The translations under genes were made by a program, and so were the position numbers. A model generated the notes under the pieces. That model had not been told where the DNA came from. It saw only the letters and a list, made by a program, of their open reading frames with translations, and ran no database searches. Below, piece by piece: positions 1 through 12,967 of a stretch of 64,000 nucleotides of DNA. Position 1 is the stretch's first letter. Every line of letters begins with the position of its first letter. The DNA is from Penicillus capitatus (Eukaryota > Plantae > Chlorophyta): assembly GCA_965649825.1 (NCBI GenBank), contig OZ287706.1, positions 310,001 to 374,000 of the forward strand, written 5' to 3'.

Positions 1-145
1 GGACAACGTCGAGCCAGTTCGAGGGCCGACGACGGAGTCACCACACGGACAAAAACTTTTGTCATCTTCTCCTTTGACCCTTTTAGGTGGCCAAAACCGA
101 AGCAAAACGCGACCGCATTTCGCGACCGTATCTCACGAAATTGCA
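1..145 (+). repeat. 3' part of a dispersed SINE-like repeat, truncated by the window edge; near-identical inverted copy at 33046-33190
   Basis: The reverse complement of 1-145 aligns almost base for base with 33046-33190 (a few substitutions). Contains a GACAAAA-nn-TTTTGTC hairpin and a doubled CGCGACCG(C/T)AT(T/C)T motif, and ends in GAAATTGCA. Confidence 0.8.
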
Positions 146-415
146 TGGTCAAAAGTTTTTTCTGCATTAACCGGCCACGTTGTCGCCTTTCGTTGCCTAA
201 GCTGAATCATCTTCTACTCCTGTTCATCGACTTCGCCGTCGGTGTAGCGGTCTTTACGTCTCGCTTGCGTGTATTGCTCGTCGGACGGTCGAGGTGACGC
301 ACAACGGCGCTGTCGAAATCGAAACGATTCGGTTGCAGGGAGCTCTCGTGTTGATTGATCTCTCGGACAAAACGGATCGATTTGGGAGCATCTTCCTTTT
401 CAACTCTTTGCAACT

Positions 416-763
416 TTGTCGACCGACAAGTTCGCTTCCGCGTACGATCTTGAAAGTCCCGAAGCACTACTACCTCTCTACCGCAACGGCGTCCTTTGGA
501 TGATTGTACCGACTTCTCAAGCCGACCGTGCATGCAAAGACTTGACAGAGATTCTTGAACACGTTGTGACGAAGGAGGAACGCGAGGAGCAAAGAGCTTT
601 TGCAGAAAGGTTTCGATTGTATCGTTCTTTTCGAAAACGAGCATGTATCGCTTTGACACGGCAAGGGCATAGCATCGCCCAGCAGACAGAACACAACAAT
701 GTGGAGCGTTGTTTGACACGTTCTGCGAAGGATGCATGTCACTTCTTCTACGGCGAAGGTTAG
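416..763 (+). CDS. Hypothetical ORF, possibly one exon of an unidentified gene
   Basis: 115-aa open frame with protein-like composition ending at a GT donor-like site (GAAG/GTTAG). No recognisable motif. Confidence 0.25.
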   Translation: MSTDKFASAYDLESPEALLPLYRNGVLWMIVPTSQADRACKDLTEILEHVVTKEEREEQRAFAERFRLYRSFRKRACIALTRQGHSIAQQTEHNNVERCLTRSAKDACHFFYGEG

Positions 764-1006
764 CGTTAGAGCGGAATATTGACGAACGAATTCTATTCAC
801 CGTCGACCCAATGGAACGATTCGTGTACTCCCGGATCGCTACCCGGTATGCATTCACCGCCTCTATGGCCCCAGGTACTCTTTACCGTTTACTCAGGGAG
901 ATTCAACAGTGCCCGCAGGTCGACGGTCTCCCCGGCGCAATTTTATAACATTCTAGGCGATTTGACACATTCCACTGAGACAAGCGATCCGAAGACGTCT
1001 TGGGAG

Positions 1007-2031
1007 ATGGAATCCGCACGAGAGGCGGCGCAGGCGATAAAAATAACGGCAGATCAGACATTCGTCAAACTCAAAGCTGGCCTCGGTGAAGCGACGGACG
1101 TGGCTCAGCAACTCTTCGACAAAGCAAAGAACCGCACGAACGTACACACGCCTAACGTCTTCCACCTTTGCTGTACTAAGGAGACGCGACAGATATTTGT
1201 GGACACCGGTGTCTCCCATTATCAGCAGACAGAAGAGCTGTTGCTGACGCAGTTCAAAGGTAAGAGTGAGAAAGAATGAGATCAGGGAGAACAAGGCAGT
1301 AGATGGCGTGGCGTGGCTCGGTGCGAACCAAACGTATACCGCAGTGTTCGCGGGTATCTCGGCCATCTTGATCCTGCCAAGACTCCGAAGAGGCGTGATG
1401 CATCGAACACTGCGTCCCTTTCGCAGCGATGAGGTGAAACTGACCCACCAGATATGGAACACATAACTGGCTGGCTGGTTCTTCAGTCGATCTACCGAAG
1501 TGCCGAAGCACGAATGGAGTCCGTACAGGAACGATTGAAAACCAATCAAAAACGCACAGACAAGCTCGACGTTGGACATCCTCTGCCGTGGACTTCGTTT
1601 TTGAAGCGTTGGTCATTCTAGGGGGAACTTGCGTCAGCGATAGAAGTATACACAACCGCTCTCCGTCAACTCAAGTGAAGGGATGTCGATGCAAAAGCGC
1701 TGTTGTGATTGATATCTGTGCTTTAGATCGACGAGTCAAGAGTTGAATCAGTTTTCGAATCAGATCTACAAAGACATTCGCATGACGCAAGGCAAGACGA
1801 CGTTCTTCGCAGATCCATCGATCGGAGCAGGTCTTTGCAGAGCTTATGCGTGACATGAAGGAGATGCCGAGCAGACCTTCGCTCAAGATGCAATCCGAGG
1901 TCCATCCGGTCCGGATTTCGAACGCGTTTGCTTACGTTCCTCAACAGGCGGCGGTGGCACTATCTTCTTTGGAGCGTCAAAATCGTCAAGTTGATAATCT
2001 GCTTTACAGAGTACTGCAGAAAGGAATCTAA
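1007..2031 (+). CDS. RHIP1: RGS1-HXK1-interacting protein 1-like coiled-coil protein (multi-exon, one GC-AG intron at 1792-1840)
   Basis: The spliced frame MESAREAAQ...YQQTEELLLTQFK...ILILPRLRRGVMHRTLRPFRSDE-SIYRSAEAR...MQSE-AAVALSSLERQNRQVDNLLYRVLQKGI* resembles plant RHIP1 (LVLLPGPRRFLxRxTLGRFRSEE, C-terminal coiled coil). Confidence 0.7.
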
Positions 2032-2143
2032 TGACGGACTGTATGGAACAGACATTCGCAACATACCACAAGGGTTGTGCTAACGACTCGAACGTATCAA
2101 ACAACAACGACCGCCACAGGACTGACAAAATTAGACACACAGC

Positions 2144-5100
2144 TTATGGTTTGGGCTTGGGTTCATTTGAGGGAAGAGCAAAACGAGCCACTTCACTTCC
2201 TTGTAGCAAATGCACAACACCTGAGTCATTGGTCGCACCAGAAGGCAGAAAGAGATCGTGTTTTTGATGCTTATAGGCATTCCAGGTCTCCGATTGATCC
2301 AACAGGGATGTCACGCGTTCAGCGTGGGCCCCTTCTGCTGCCAAGAGATTCAGGATATCGACAGCCAGGGAGCGCTGCACCCCTAGATCGCGTTGCTGCG
2401 TCTGTTCTTCGGCATGATTGAATCCTGCCATGACAGCGACTTCGGATCCAGGGGCTTTTCGCTGCCAATCGAGAAGCTGCAGGAGACGATCGATGAGCCG
2501 CACACGCAGCGCCTGATCGACGAGGACGTCTCGAGAACGGTTGACGGTGATCAGTGCACGTTTCATGCTCTCGAGAGACAGCACACTGCCAGCAACGCCC
2601 CATGACATAGTGCTCATGAGAATCGGAACGACAGGAGGCGAAGTGCCTGCCAGAGCTTCGGCGGCGGAGACGCTTGTCAGGAGCTGATGGACAAAACGCA
2701 AAATAGAACCGCCCACTTCATCCGGCTCTTGGTAGAGGTTGGGAGAGGAGAGAGTCGCTGTCCGCTGACCGAGGTGCTTCATGAGCTTCTTAATGTAGCC
2801 CAGACTAACAGCATGGTCTGCCAACAAGGCATGGACTTTTAACAGAGCCACACCGGCAGCGGACAACAGTAGAATTAAATCAGCTTTGGGTTCCGATTGA
2901 CCTGAGTGCCGATACACAACATCATCGGCAGCAATACATAACGAGAGTGGTTACCTAAGGTGTTGGTGTACTCGCCCAGGATTCCCTCCAAAAACTCCTT
3001 CGGTCGTCGGAGAGATGTCTTGGGATCCTTCATGAAAAAACGCACGTACACACCGCCAATATACAGTTCGTTCTTGAGCTCATCATGTTCGATAGCATAG
3101 CCATTGGGCAGACTCCAGTTGACGGTGCCTCCTGCCTGGAACGTCCGTCACATAGTGTCAGGACATAGCTATATGTGATCCATTGTCTGTACCTGACTGG
3201 ATCGGCATTGGACCGTCAGCGATTGGAGCTCGTCTGCTGTTGCCCTGGCCATTTTCTTCGTCCAGATGCGTTCCGGTGTCTCGCACTCTTGGCCAAAGAT
3301 CCCCACTACTGCCTCGCCTACATGACAAGGCATTTTAGCTATAGAAATGATCATCAACGGCGGCGGGACAACGACACACCTGGTCCATCATAGATCGCCG
3401 TCACCAGTCCAGGAGGCAAGATTCTGTTTAAAAGAAGTTCCACTCGGCGTCCATGGATGGGCTGAGTCATGAGATGCGACAAGAGCGAGGCCGCTTCAGC
3501 CCTCATGCTTTCATAAGCTGCTTTGTTAGGTGCTCCAAATGATTTGACAGACTTTGCTGGGAGCAGTACATTCATCAAGTACAAGGCGCCACCTTGACAT
3601 GCTGCTGCCCAGGCAGCCTCAGGCGTACCTAACAAAACAGCCCATGAGATGAAGAACACTTAAACGACGGCGTGAACTTGAAAGGGCTCTGAGTAGACGG
3701 AGCGCCATCGTAATACAGTTAAATGAAGTTGGGCGGTGGAGGAGCCAGAAAGCAAATTTAATGGGCTGTTCGGCGGAAAGCGCCTCAATGCATCCAGCGT
3801 TTTGCGTGACGCGCACCATAATCGAGAGAGCTGCTTCTGCCGTCAAGGCGTCAAAAACGGAGTCTGCATCCTTCTGCCAGTTGATGGGTTCCCCTTCGTG
3901 TCCTCTGTAACAGGCAGGTTCCAAACATGCTTGCAGAGGAGCCAGTGCAGAGGACGAGGCAACCAGTCCCATCATTCTCGGCACATTCTCAAAGAGATTC
4001 TGCAAAGCGGTGAGTGCCTCGGAGAGATGACGCCTCTGCAGGGCTGGCAATGACAGTGACCACCATTTCTCTTCTGGAGCACTGCCTCCTCCTCCTCCTC
4101 CTGTCTTCTCTAACGCCTCTTCACTGAACTTGTCGGAATTGAGAATCGTCGTGTGAATAAACTTCACAAGTCCTTTGCAGAATTCGACGGGATCGGAGAG
4201 TCGGAACGTTGGCTGCTCGTTATAGACGCGCACATAGACACCACTGATCTGCAGCTCCCCATCCAGAGCCTTGAACTCAAAGTCCACTGCCTTGCTGATG
4301 TCGGGCTTCTGTCTTTGGGCGTCCATCAAGGAGGTGATCTCTTTTCGCATACGGCTGTTCCAAATGACTTCCGGATTCTCGATCGAACCACAGAGCACTC
4401 TGAGCAGACCTCTTGGATCTTGATCTTGAATTCGATTGACTAGAGAAACAGTCAAAATCGCTCTCAATGCGGCAGCTGCCTGCGGTTGAGGTGGCGTGGT
4501 CTTGGGTCCAACCAACAAACCTGACAGTCTGCCCAATACGTGGACAGCGAGCATGGCATGAAAGTTCTTTCGTTTTTGCATATTGGGGCTCTCCATTGTC
4601 AACACTTTGAGAATCGCACCCAGACTCACATCTCCTCCATTGGCGACATCGAACGGGGCAGGGAGCGGTGCGTCTGGATCGTCTTCTGTCTCATCGAAGG
4701 CAAAGAGCAAAGGCACCACATATCCCAGTGCGCCGATATCGATGAGCAACGACTGCAGGTCTGGCGAAAGACACATCTGTGCTAGACACATCAATGCTGC
4801 ATCGACAGCACTGGGGACTCGGTCAAAGAAGCACGAACGAACGATGTCTGCCACCAGAATTGGCCTCTCGAGCATCTCCTGTCGGGCACTGACGAAAATA
4901 CTGAGCCCGACGAACGTCCTGAGGCAGTTCGTTGTGATCACCGCTGCTGGCTCGGTCGGAGCAACGTCCAGTGGAATGATGGAAAGACATCTCAACAAGA
5001 GGCGTCCCAAAATATCCACACCATCGGATCGCGTTAATTCCTCCCCGTTGAGATGTGAACACACACACGTGAGCCAGCAGAGCTCCACGGCAGACTGCAG

Positions 5101-8100
5101 TCTTGGGGATTGCTCGGCAGTGAGGAAACGGGATCCTTCAGATGCGTCTTCTGGAATATTGACAGCCTCCAACAGCATGGGATAGCCGGCATACTTGAAC
5201 GGATGCAGAATGTCTGAGTAGCGCTTGTAAAGAATACATTGAGCTTTGAGAATCAACAGAATTCTCCATGGCTGTGGACCTTGACTGGCGGCGGCGCCCT
5301 CGCAGAGACGTTCGTAGGCTTTTTGGATCTTCAGAAACATCTCACGTCCGTTGGGGTTCTTATCTGGATGATACTTCATCGCCTTCTTGCGGTAAGCTTT
5401 TTTCAAGACCTCTTCACTCAACTGGCCTTTATTCGGCAACTTAATGCCCAAGATCTCACACGCGTCCTTTTCGGACATCGACATCGGTTTCTTCACCAAC
5501 TCTGCTCTCCATTCAGCCAACAATGCCTAGAAAGCACACGCCATCTGCCTCCCTCTCCTAGGAGCCGCCGATGTACTTGTAACAGAGGAATGTGATCCAC
5601 AACGGACCAGTCTGCAAAGCGACCTTCATCGCAGAGATTTCTGAGGTAGTAGCGATGACACCAGATTTCAGAGAGGAGTTCTGGATAGCCCACAGGTGGC
5701 AGCGGTGTGTATTCGTAGATAAGGTGACTGTACTCTCTGAGTCGGTAAGGAAAGTTGCCCAGATGATGCAGCATCTGAGGAACAAGACGTTCCGATCGCA
5801 TTCGATGTGTCCACACCACTTCTGGCGTATCGACATCGTTCACAAAGACTTCGGCAAAGGCACGAACGCCGGAGGTCTCCAGAACATAGAGAAGACTCTC
5901 CGGTAAGATATCCCCTAAGAAACTTCGCTTGAACAACGGCAGACCAGCAGTGACAGAATCCTCCTCGCCCCTACCGTGCCAGAATGATCAGAGATAGATA
6001 AAATTGGCGGCCGTACCTGAAGTTCTGAGAGAGGTGTGTGGTTTTGAAGAGTTGAGAGATCTCTGTGAGATTGGCGCCACAGTAGGCAAGGCAAAAGAAG
6101 TAAATTCCTGTCAAGTAGACTCTGGGCAAGACATCTCTATTGTTCTGCACAACGGTGTGGACCAGTGCTGCCGACTGAGAAACAACTTGCGGATCTCCAC
6201 ACAGCACAGCCTGGCAAATGTGTGGAAGGCAATCGACGGAACAGATTTCTCTGTGTGCTCTGGGCAACGGCTGCAGAACTTCGTGCGTCACTTCCACAGC
6301 AGAGTGCAGGGAAACGAGTTTGTGCAGGATCCTCAGCGCCAGACGTGCCAATCCGTAAGCATCGATGCAGCCATTACGTTTCGACACCAGCCACCTCAGC
6401 TCTCGGATGGCGTAGAGTGGCTTAGGCTTTGCCATTTCCGTCGCCCAGAACTCCGTCCTCATATCAATCTTGCCGATATGGAACATGCGTTGGATCTCTT
6501 TCTTAGAGACCGGACCCTTGCGGCCGTCGACATGAATCTTGGTCGTTTCGGCAAAGGCATCCTTCTCCTTCTTGCTCTCTTTCCCTCGGCTCGATGTCTC
6601 GCCTCCTGTACTCTTGCGTCGCTCGGAAGACGTCTTGTGGCCCTCCGGGTAGTAATACCATTCGAAGCCTTTATTCTCGTGTGCGATGTTCTCCAACAGA
6701 CCGGTATTGACTGGAATGTGGCCAGAACGTTCGGACACTTCGTGTACACCAGCAACGAAATCGACACAGAGTGCAATGCCACCTGACTTGACAAAAGCCA
6801 TGCCATTGGTCTTGGCTGCCTTGATGGCCTTTTCGTCTTCTGCCTGAGGGCTGATGAAAGATTGGAAGAGCTGCAGCAGACGACAGCGCATACTGCGATT
6901 CATCGTACAGTCCATAAGCTTCGTCGCATGATTGATGCCATCGAACGGACCGATCTCGCCTGAGAGCACAGGCCTCGAATGTCGGTCAGAAGGGTGAGGG
7001 AGATACCTACCTGCATGTATGGAGTAGACGGCAGCCATGGCACTGATGCACAGTTCTCTCTCGTATGTCGGATCACCTTCAATAAAAGCACTGACAGTGG
7101 ACTTCTCTTCTTCCACGGCAGCTCTGCGACAAGAAGCAATCAATTCCAGATGAACGCTTTCATCTGCTTCACAGAGAAACCGATGGTACAATGCATTGAA
7201 GAAGTCTTTAGGACAAATGAGATTCTCGATGGACCCTGTACCGCCACAGCATCACACATTCTGAATATCGAGAACATACGTGCAGGTCTTCTTGCCTTGG
7301 CTGACGTTTTCGAGAAGGAGCTTGACGTAAATGCCTCCGATACAGAGATGACGTTCTAAGCTCTTGTAATGCACCTCGAATTCTTTAAAGTTCCAAGAGG
7401 GATAGCCACCGAAGCCTTCAGCCACGCGAGTGCGTCCCAGTGTTAAGTCTTTCTCTTCAGCTTCCAGTGCCTCGCGCAGTTCCGTCCGTGTTCGTTCGTT
7501 CCAGATCAAACCGGACACGCAGTGATCTCGCATGATGTTTGTCCAGAAGACCTCCCAATTTCCTTTCAGGCTGACAGAAGACAGCCCCAGATGTGGCGTC
7601 AAGATCGTGGAGTGGAACAGAAAGTCTTCGGGTTCGAGGTCATGGATATCGGAACCGGGATTTCCTGGCTCTGCTTGACGAGCTGTCGACGGTTCTTTGT
7701 TTGGCCCTTCGGCAGAGGACTTGGTCGATGTCTGGGGCTGCTTCCCCGATCCGACTTGAGAGGCGGTATGGCTTGGACTGTCCTCCGATTTCTGATCACC
7801 TGCTTCGGAAGCAAAGCTTTGAGAGGGACGCGGCGAATCGTGTGGTGAGTTTTCTTCTGCTTCCGCAGCTTCCCGTCGTGGTGTTATTTGGATCTCGGGT
7901 TCTTCGGTCTCGTGCAGTGTCTCTTGGGCTGCCGGAATCCTGCTGTCCTCACAGGGCGTCCTGGGGCGAGATTCTGATGTGCTGGTGAGCTTTTTCAGAA
8001 CGGGGAGTGAGGAATTGAGGAAAAGAATGAGGCCATTGGGGAAGATACGCTCCAACAGATCCAGCGCTGGCGTAAACTGATCGGCCCACAAGGCAACGAG

Positions 8101-10827
8101 CTCTCGACTCAACGTGTTGCGTGAGCCTTTGCCAAAAAGGGCAACGTTCAGGTGATGCAGCAGCGCCCCTTCACGCAAAGCGGCGTCGCGCATAGGGGCG
8201 GCAGCCACCGCTCCACACTCGGCCACACTCCTCATGATCACAGCAGCTCCGTCACAGACTCTTCCGGCCACGTGGCTGAAAAGACCGAACAGAGGACGAC
8301 CGAGACTGGAACAGAGCTCCAGCATTATTTTGAAGATCGTTGCTTCTGTTGTCCGAGAGCCCGGTTCACAGATGAGGGATCCGATTGCTTCGACGATGGC
8401 CATGGAGACGAGCTGCGATGCACGTGGCTCTTTGGACATTGGTTTCACGAGTGCCTGGCATCGCAGTGTGACCGGAGAGAGACAGATGGATTTCGCAGAA
8501 CGGGCATTCTGATTGTCTTCCGCGGAATTCATGGTCACAGGTTCTGCTTCGTCGATACAGGCAGCCCGCGTGAGCTTCCACGGCCCAGCGCCAATTCTGC
8601 CGGCCCCAGGTGCCCAGAGACGCACGAGCAGTCGAGCTGCTTCAGTCGCCACGTGATCATGCCCACACAACAGGGCAGAGAAAACACGGGCGATGCCGTC
8701 CGGAGCACAAAGCAGCATCGGCGTCATAACGGGAGAAGCAGACAGTCGTTGCAAACACTGCAGCACGGCGATCATCTATACCATCACACATCAGGACACC
8801 CATCCATCACGATGCAGATCCCACGCCTGACCTGTGTCGCGATCTGAACCGTTGGCGGCGGTGCGTTTTCGGGAGCTGGATCGGGCAGCAGACCAAATAT
8901 GGAATGCACAGACATCTCCGGCAATGTCGCCGCTGGAGTGACGCCGCTGTACGGAATGCAGGCATTGAACTCACGCACACGCAAAAGCAGCTTTCTTTTC
9001 ATCTGGACACATACAGTCGTCCTCAAAGCGCTGTACGGCATCCACGAAGCTCACCTCTGGAATCTGTCCCATCGTAAAGGTCACTGTTCTCTTCCACAAC
9101 GTCTTGCCTCTACATTCAGACTCTGGCATGTGGATGTAGAGAATGGACGGCAGATGACTTGTTGGGTACGGTTCTCTGAACATCTGGCGCTCCGGATGAA
9201 CCTTCATCGTTATCCGAGGAACAGATGGAGCTCTCGTTGGCGTCGGCTACTGGATCAAAGCCTCTGAACTCTGTTGGCAGGGTGCCAGAGAGATAGATTG
9301 CTGGATGCACTGCCTTTCCGAGATCCGCCAGAACTTTGAGATAGAGCGTCTCTAACTCGGCAACATGGGTTACAGGCAGACTGGATCCGACGGAATGTCG
9401 GCTGCCGTAGATGGTATCTCCACTGAGTGAGATATCTGGAATGACAGGAATCGGTCGTCCGGCATTGGTCTGTGAGACGTCCAAAATCGCCGCCAGAATG
9501 GCATCGCGCGATGTGGAAGAGTACAGCAACGGTGGACTGCCATCTGTCCATTCAATCCCAAGCTTCTGCGGTTCTTCAATAAAACGCACCAATGCGGAGA
9601 TCGATCCCAAGGAAAACCTCTCTGAGACTTCATACGTTCGTACATACCTCTCTAACAAAACCGTCTACAGCATCACGCGTCAGGCGGCGTGTATGGACGT
9701 GGGGATGTTACGTTTGTCAGAACCAGCCGACGGGGGATCGTTTCTGGCTCTATGTGTACAACCGGCTGCATCCATCGCTGGCTGGCAGCCGTTTCGAATG
9801 CACAGGTCTCAAGCGGCATCAAGATCTTGGAGACCTCAAATTCGCAGATGGGTGTCTGGTTTGGCGTCGTCTCCATTTCCAGTTCTGTCCCCGCAACGGC
9901 TTGCAGCAACTCACGAGGTGTCACGCTTCCATGCGCATCCACTAGACACAACAGCACGCATCAGACCATACCCCTCCCACATGAATCGGCGACATCTATT
10001 GCCGCACCGCTGATGGTAAGACCGAGACGCTCTGCCGATATCTTCTGGATCTCTTTGATGACGGCGTCCCGTTCCGAAGCTGCGCAGATGAAAGGGAGCT
10101 TCGAGGTACGTGTGTGAAAGGCAAAGGTTCCCGGTGGATCATGAGCGGCGGCGGAAGAGATCAAGACACGGATCGTTGGTCTCAGATGACGGTACTCGAT
10201 TCGCCACAGAATACGTGTCGATTCCTGACAGTGACATTCAATGCAGTACGACAGCAGCCGCAGCACCACAAACTTCCATGTGCCATCGTAGAACACCGCA
10301 GCCGAGTACTGTGGCGCCGATCTGCACATGCAGATGTCATGTCATCACTCTTTCTCACTCTTCTTTCCTACCCAAGCAGTTTTCCAGCCATTGGACAGTT
10401 TCCGCCTTTCTGAGCGATTTCGATGCATTTGTAGAGATCGGTGAGGAGGGAGCTTCTCAAGGGACACAAGAAACGTATCGGCTTGGGTTTGCTCTACACG
10501 ACAGGATAACGTCCTCTATGCGTTATCGGCGCTGACTGCCGTTTCAGTATTCACCTTCTTGTCAGCGCGCGCCGTGATGATGAATTCATCGTTTGTCTTG
10601 CCGAGGGCGATGCTTTCGATATCGGATTCTCCAATAAACGAATACGTGTTTGTCACGACGAGCCCTTCGTCATCCCTCTGGGTCGAAACGGCACCAAAGG
10701 ACACGCAAAAGATTCGGCGATAGCGCCCTCGCCAACTCGAGAGCTTTGTACACCAGTAACGTGCGAGATGCAAGGCTTTCAAATCTTCAGGCTTACGCCC
10801 GCGTACTAAGTGAATGAGGTTGTCCAT
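2144..10827 (-). CDS. RME8: RME-8/DNAJC13 (plant GRV2) endosomal J-domain protein, multi-exon
   Basis: N-terminal [17 protein letters not shown]; [11 protein letters not shown]; IWN-type repeats ([24 protein letters not shown]); GYF_2-like [12 protein letters not shown]...W segment; J-domain [33 protein letters not shown]; C-terminal HDLFLP. Confidence 0.95.
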
Positions 10828-10853
10828 CGTGGACGACACACACTGCAATATTA

Positions 10854-11442
10854 ATGGCGACGGTAATGACGGCGAGATGGATCGCCCAACGGTCGATCGT
10901 TGCTAGACACGAGGCTATCGACAAGGGACATCGCCAAGGACGATGCAGGAAATGCGACGGGACGATGCGCATTCCGTGTCAGCGCTGTCGAGGAACGGGG
11001 ATTCCGCCCAAGGGAGGCTATCACCAGCACAACCCGGTGAAACTCGATATGATCATGGGTGAGCGTGATGTGATTGATGTGACAGGAGTATGAACCTGTG
11101 ACGTGTGTGTAGATTCTAAATGGACAGCGATGGAGAAGACCTTCGGTTGGCGCCACTTCCAAGTGATCGACAAGACAAAAAACATCGAACAAACATACCT
11201 ACTCCTCGCGGCGACGTGTGACAGGAGCACACAATTCTGGGTCATCTCATTCGCCTGATAATCATCTCACACCAAAGCAATGGCATGTTCAGATCAATTC
11301 TCGAAGTTTAAGGAATCGTTCGAGATGGTCCTGTGGCTGGCTGCGCAAAGCAGAGCTTATGGCACAGGGTGAAGCGACAGGGCCACCATGCCGCAGCTGT
11401 CATGGAATGGGATGGGTGAACTGTCCTCGTTGTGCATCTTGA
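10854..11442 (+). CDS. DnaJ-type CxxCxGxG zinc-finger protein with an inserted Trp-rich (TIGR02450-like) domain; 3 exons
   Basis: CRKCDGTMRIPCQRCRGTG, then SKWTAMEKTFGWRHFQVI...LRNRSRWSCGW, then CRSCHGMGWVNCPRC. GT-AG introns restore the frame. Confidence 0.7.
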
Positions 11443-11500
11443 CGTGTTGGGATCATAAACAGTTACACTTTTGGGTCATCCTTAATAATGAAGTGCACGT

Positions 11501-12649
11501 CTATGTCAAGTCTGCATCGTCTTCATCTTCTTCTCCTTGCTTTCTCGCAATCACTCGATGCTTGATCGTCCAGAGCATTGACGTTCTCCAGTTGCTCTAT
11601 ACACAAAAGTGTGAGACATTGAGTGAGAGCGCAGGGAGAGGACGAGTTTTGACAGAGCATCGTATTGGGCCACCACTTCAGAGAAGGCCTGGTCGTCTCC
11701 AGCTTCGAGCGCACTGGTGATGTTTTCCAAGAGATTGCATTCTCTGCTATTGGAGAAGGTAATATCGATCTCGCGGTAGCGATCAATGGTTGCAGGTAAC
11801 GATTCCACATCTGCAAAGCATAAACGACAGAGACCTGCGTCCAGGAGATAGTTCTTTGCGCTGTATTTCAGCAAATTGTGTTCCACTGCCTGGCGAGCGA
11901 TGTCCTCATAGATCTGGACAGAGAGGTGCGGTGTGAAGGAGTGGATGCAGGAGTGGTGTCTACTTCAACGGCCTGCTGATATTTGCCAGCTTTGGCAACG
12001 AATTCGGCGATTTTGAGGCGGCACTTGTTGGCTTCGGATGTCGAGTCTTCTGTCAGAAACAGATCGGCAGCTTTGGTGTAGAACTCGACGCATGCATCAA
12101 ATTCTTCCTGTTTCTCTAATTGCTCAGCAATATCCTTGCACACAGACGCGCGTCATAAGGAAGGGACAGCTGCATCGCAGTTTCGCACTCGAATATAACG
12201 AGCAGCTTGATTCAGTCGGCCCATTTCTGTGTAGAGCTCAACAGCCTGGTGCAAAACGACCACGGCATCTGAGAACGAAACGCCTCTCTCGTGATGGGCA
12301 TTTTGCAAAGGGCCCTGCCTTCGGATTGGATTTTCGTCAAAGCTTTGGACGCTTCAACATAAGCCGATGCCGCTTCGTGCTGAGAACCCAATTTGGTGTA
12401 CACTTCTGCCAACTGCTTATACGTATCTGCAGCTTTCTTCCCTAAATCCATCGCGTGTGAAAAAGTGAGACTGCGAAAGGAAGGATATCTCCAACAGGCT
12501 TTGGCGAGTTTGTAATGATTGGCAGCTTTTTCAAGCAGCTCAGAGGCTTCTTCGTTTTTACTTGAATTGAAAAAGGACCATGATTTTAGTTTCTTTTCGG
12601 CTTGGGCAACGAGAGTGTCTCCTTTCGTCTTGGAAGCTTCCGCATTCAT
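11501..12649 (-). CDS. SNAP: Alpha-soluble NSF attachment protein (alpha-SNAP), multi-exon with a GC-AG intron at 12269-12318
   Basis: AEKKLKSWSFF...EEASELLEKAANHYKLAK, HEAASAYVEA, GRLNQAARY, STSEANKCRLKIAE, LLKYSAKNYLLDAGLC and an acidic ...DDADLT* terminus are typical of Sec17/alpha-SNAP. Confidence 0.93.
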
Positions 12650-12967
12650 TTGCGCTGCGTTGATGACATGCGCGAAACGATTTCCAAATGATGAACGATG
12701 ATTCACGGACAATCCCTCGAGGGAAACGCACGATGCGACTTCGATATATAGATGACCAGCCGCCAGCAATCACGCGAAGGAATGACGCCAACGGGACAGG
12801 AACAATGGGCCAGCAACACACCCTCTCCGGAAGATCGACCTGAAGGCATTAAGACGACGAATCTGTGCTTACGTTCTTTATTCGTGCCGTCCAGGACGTC
12901 TCGGTATTCGGGCGAATCCCACACAGGTCGATATCCTTTGCGCGAAGGTCACATCAATCACCGTGCA

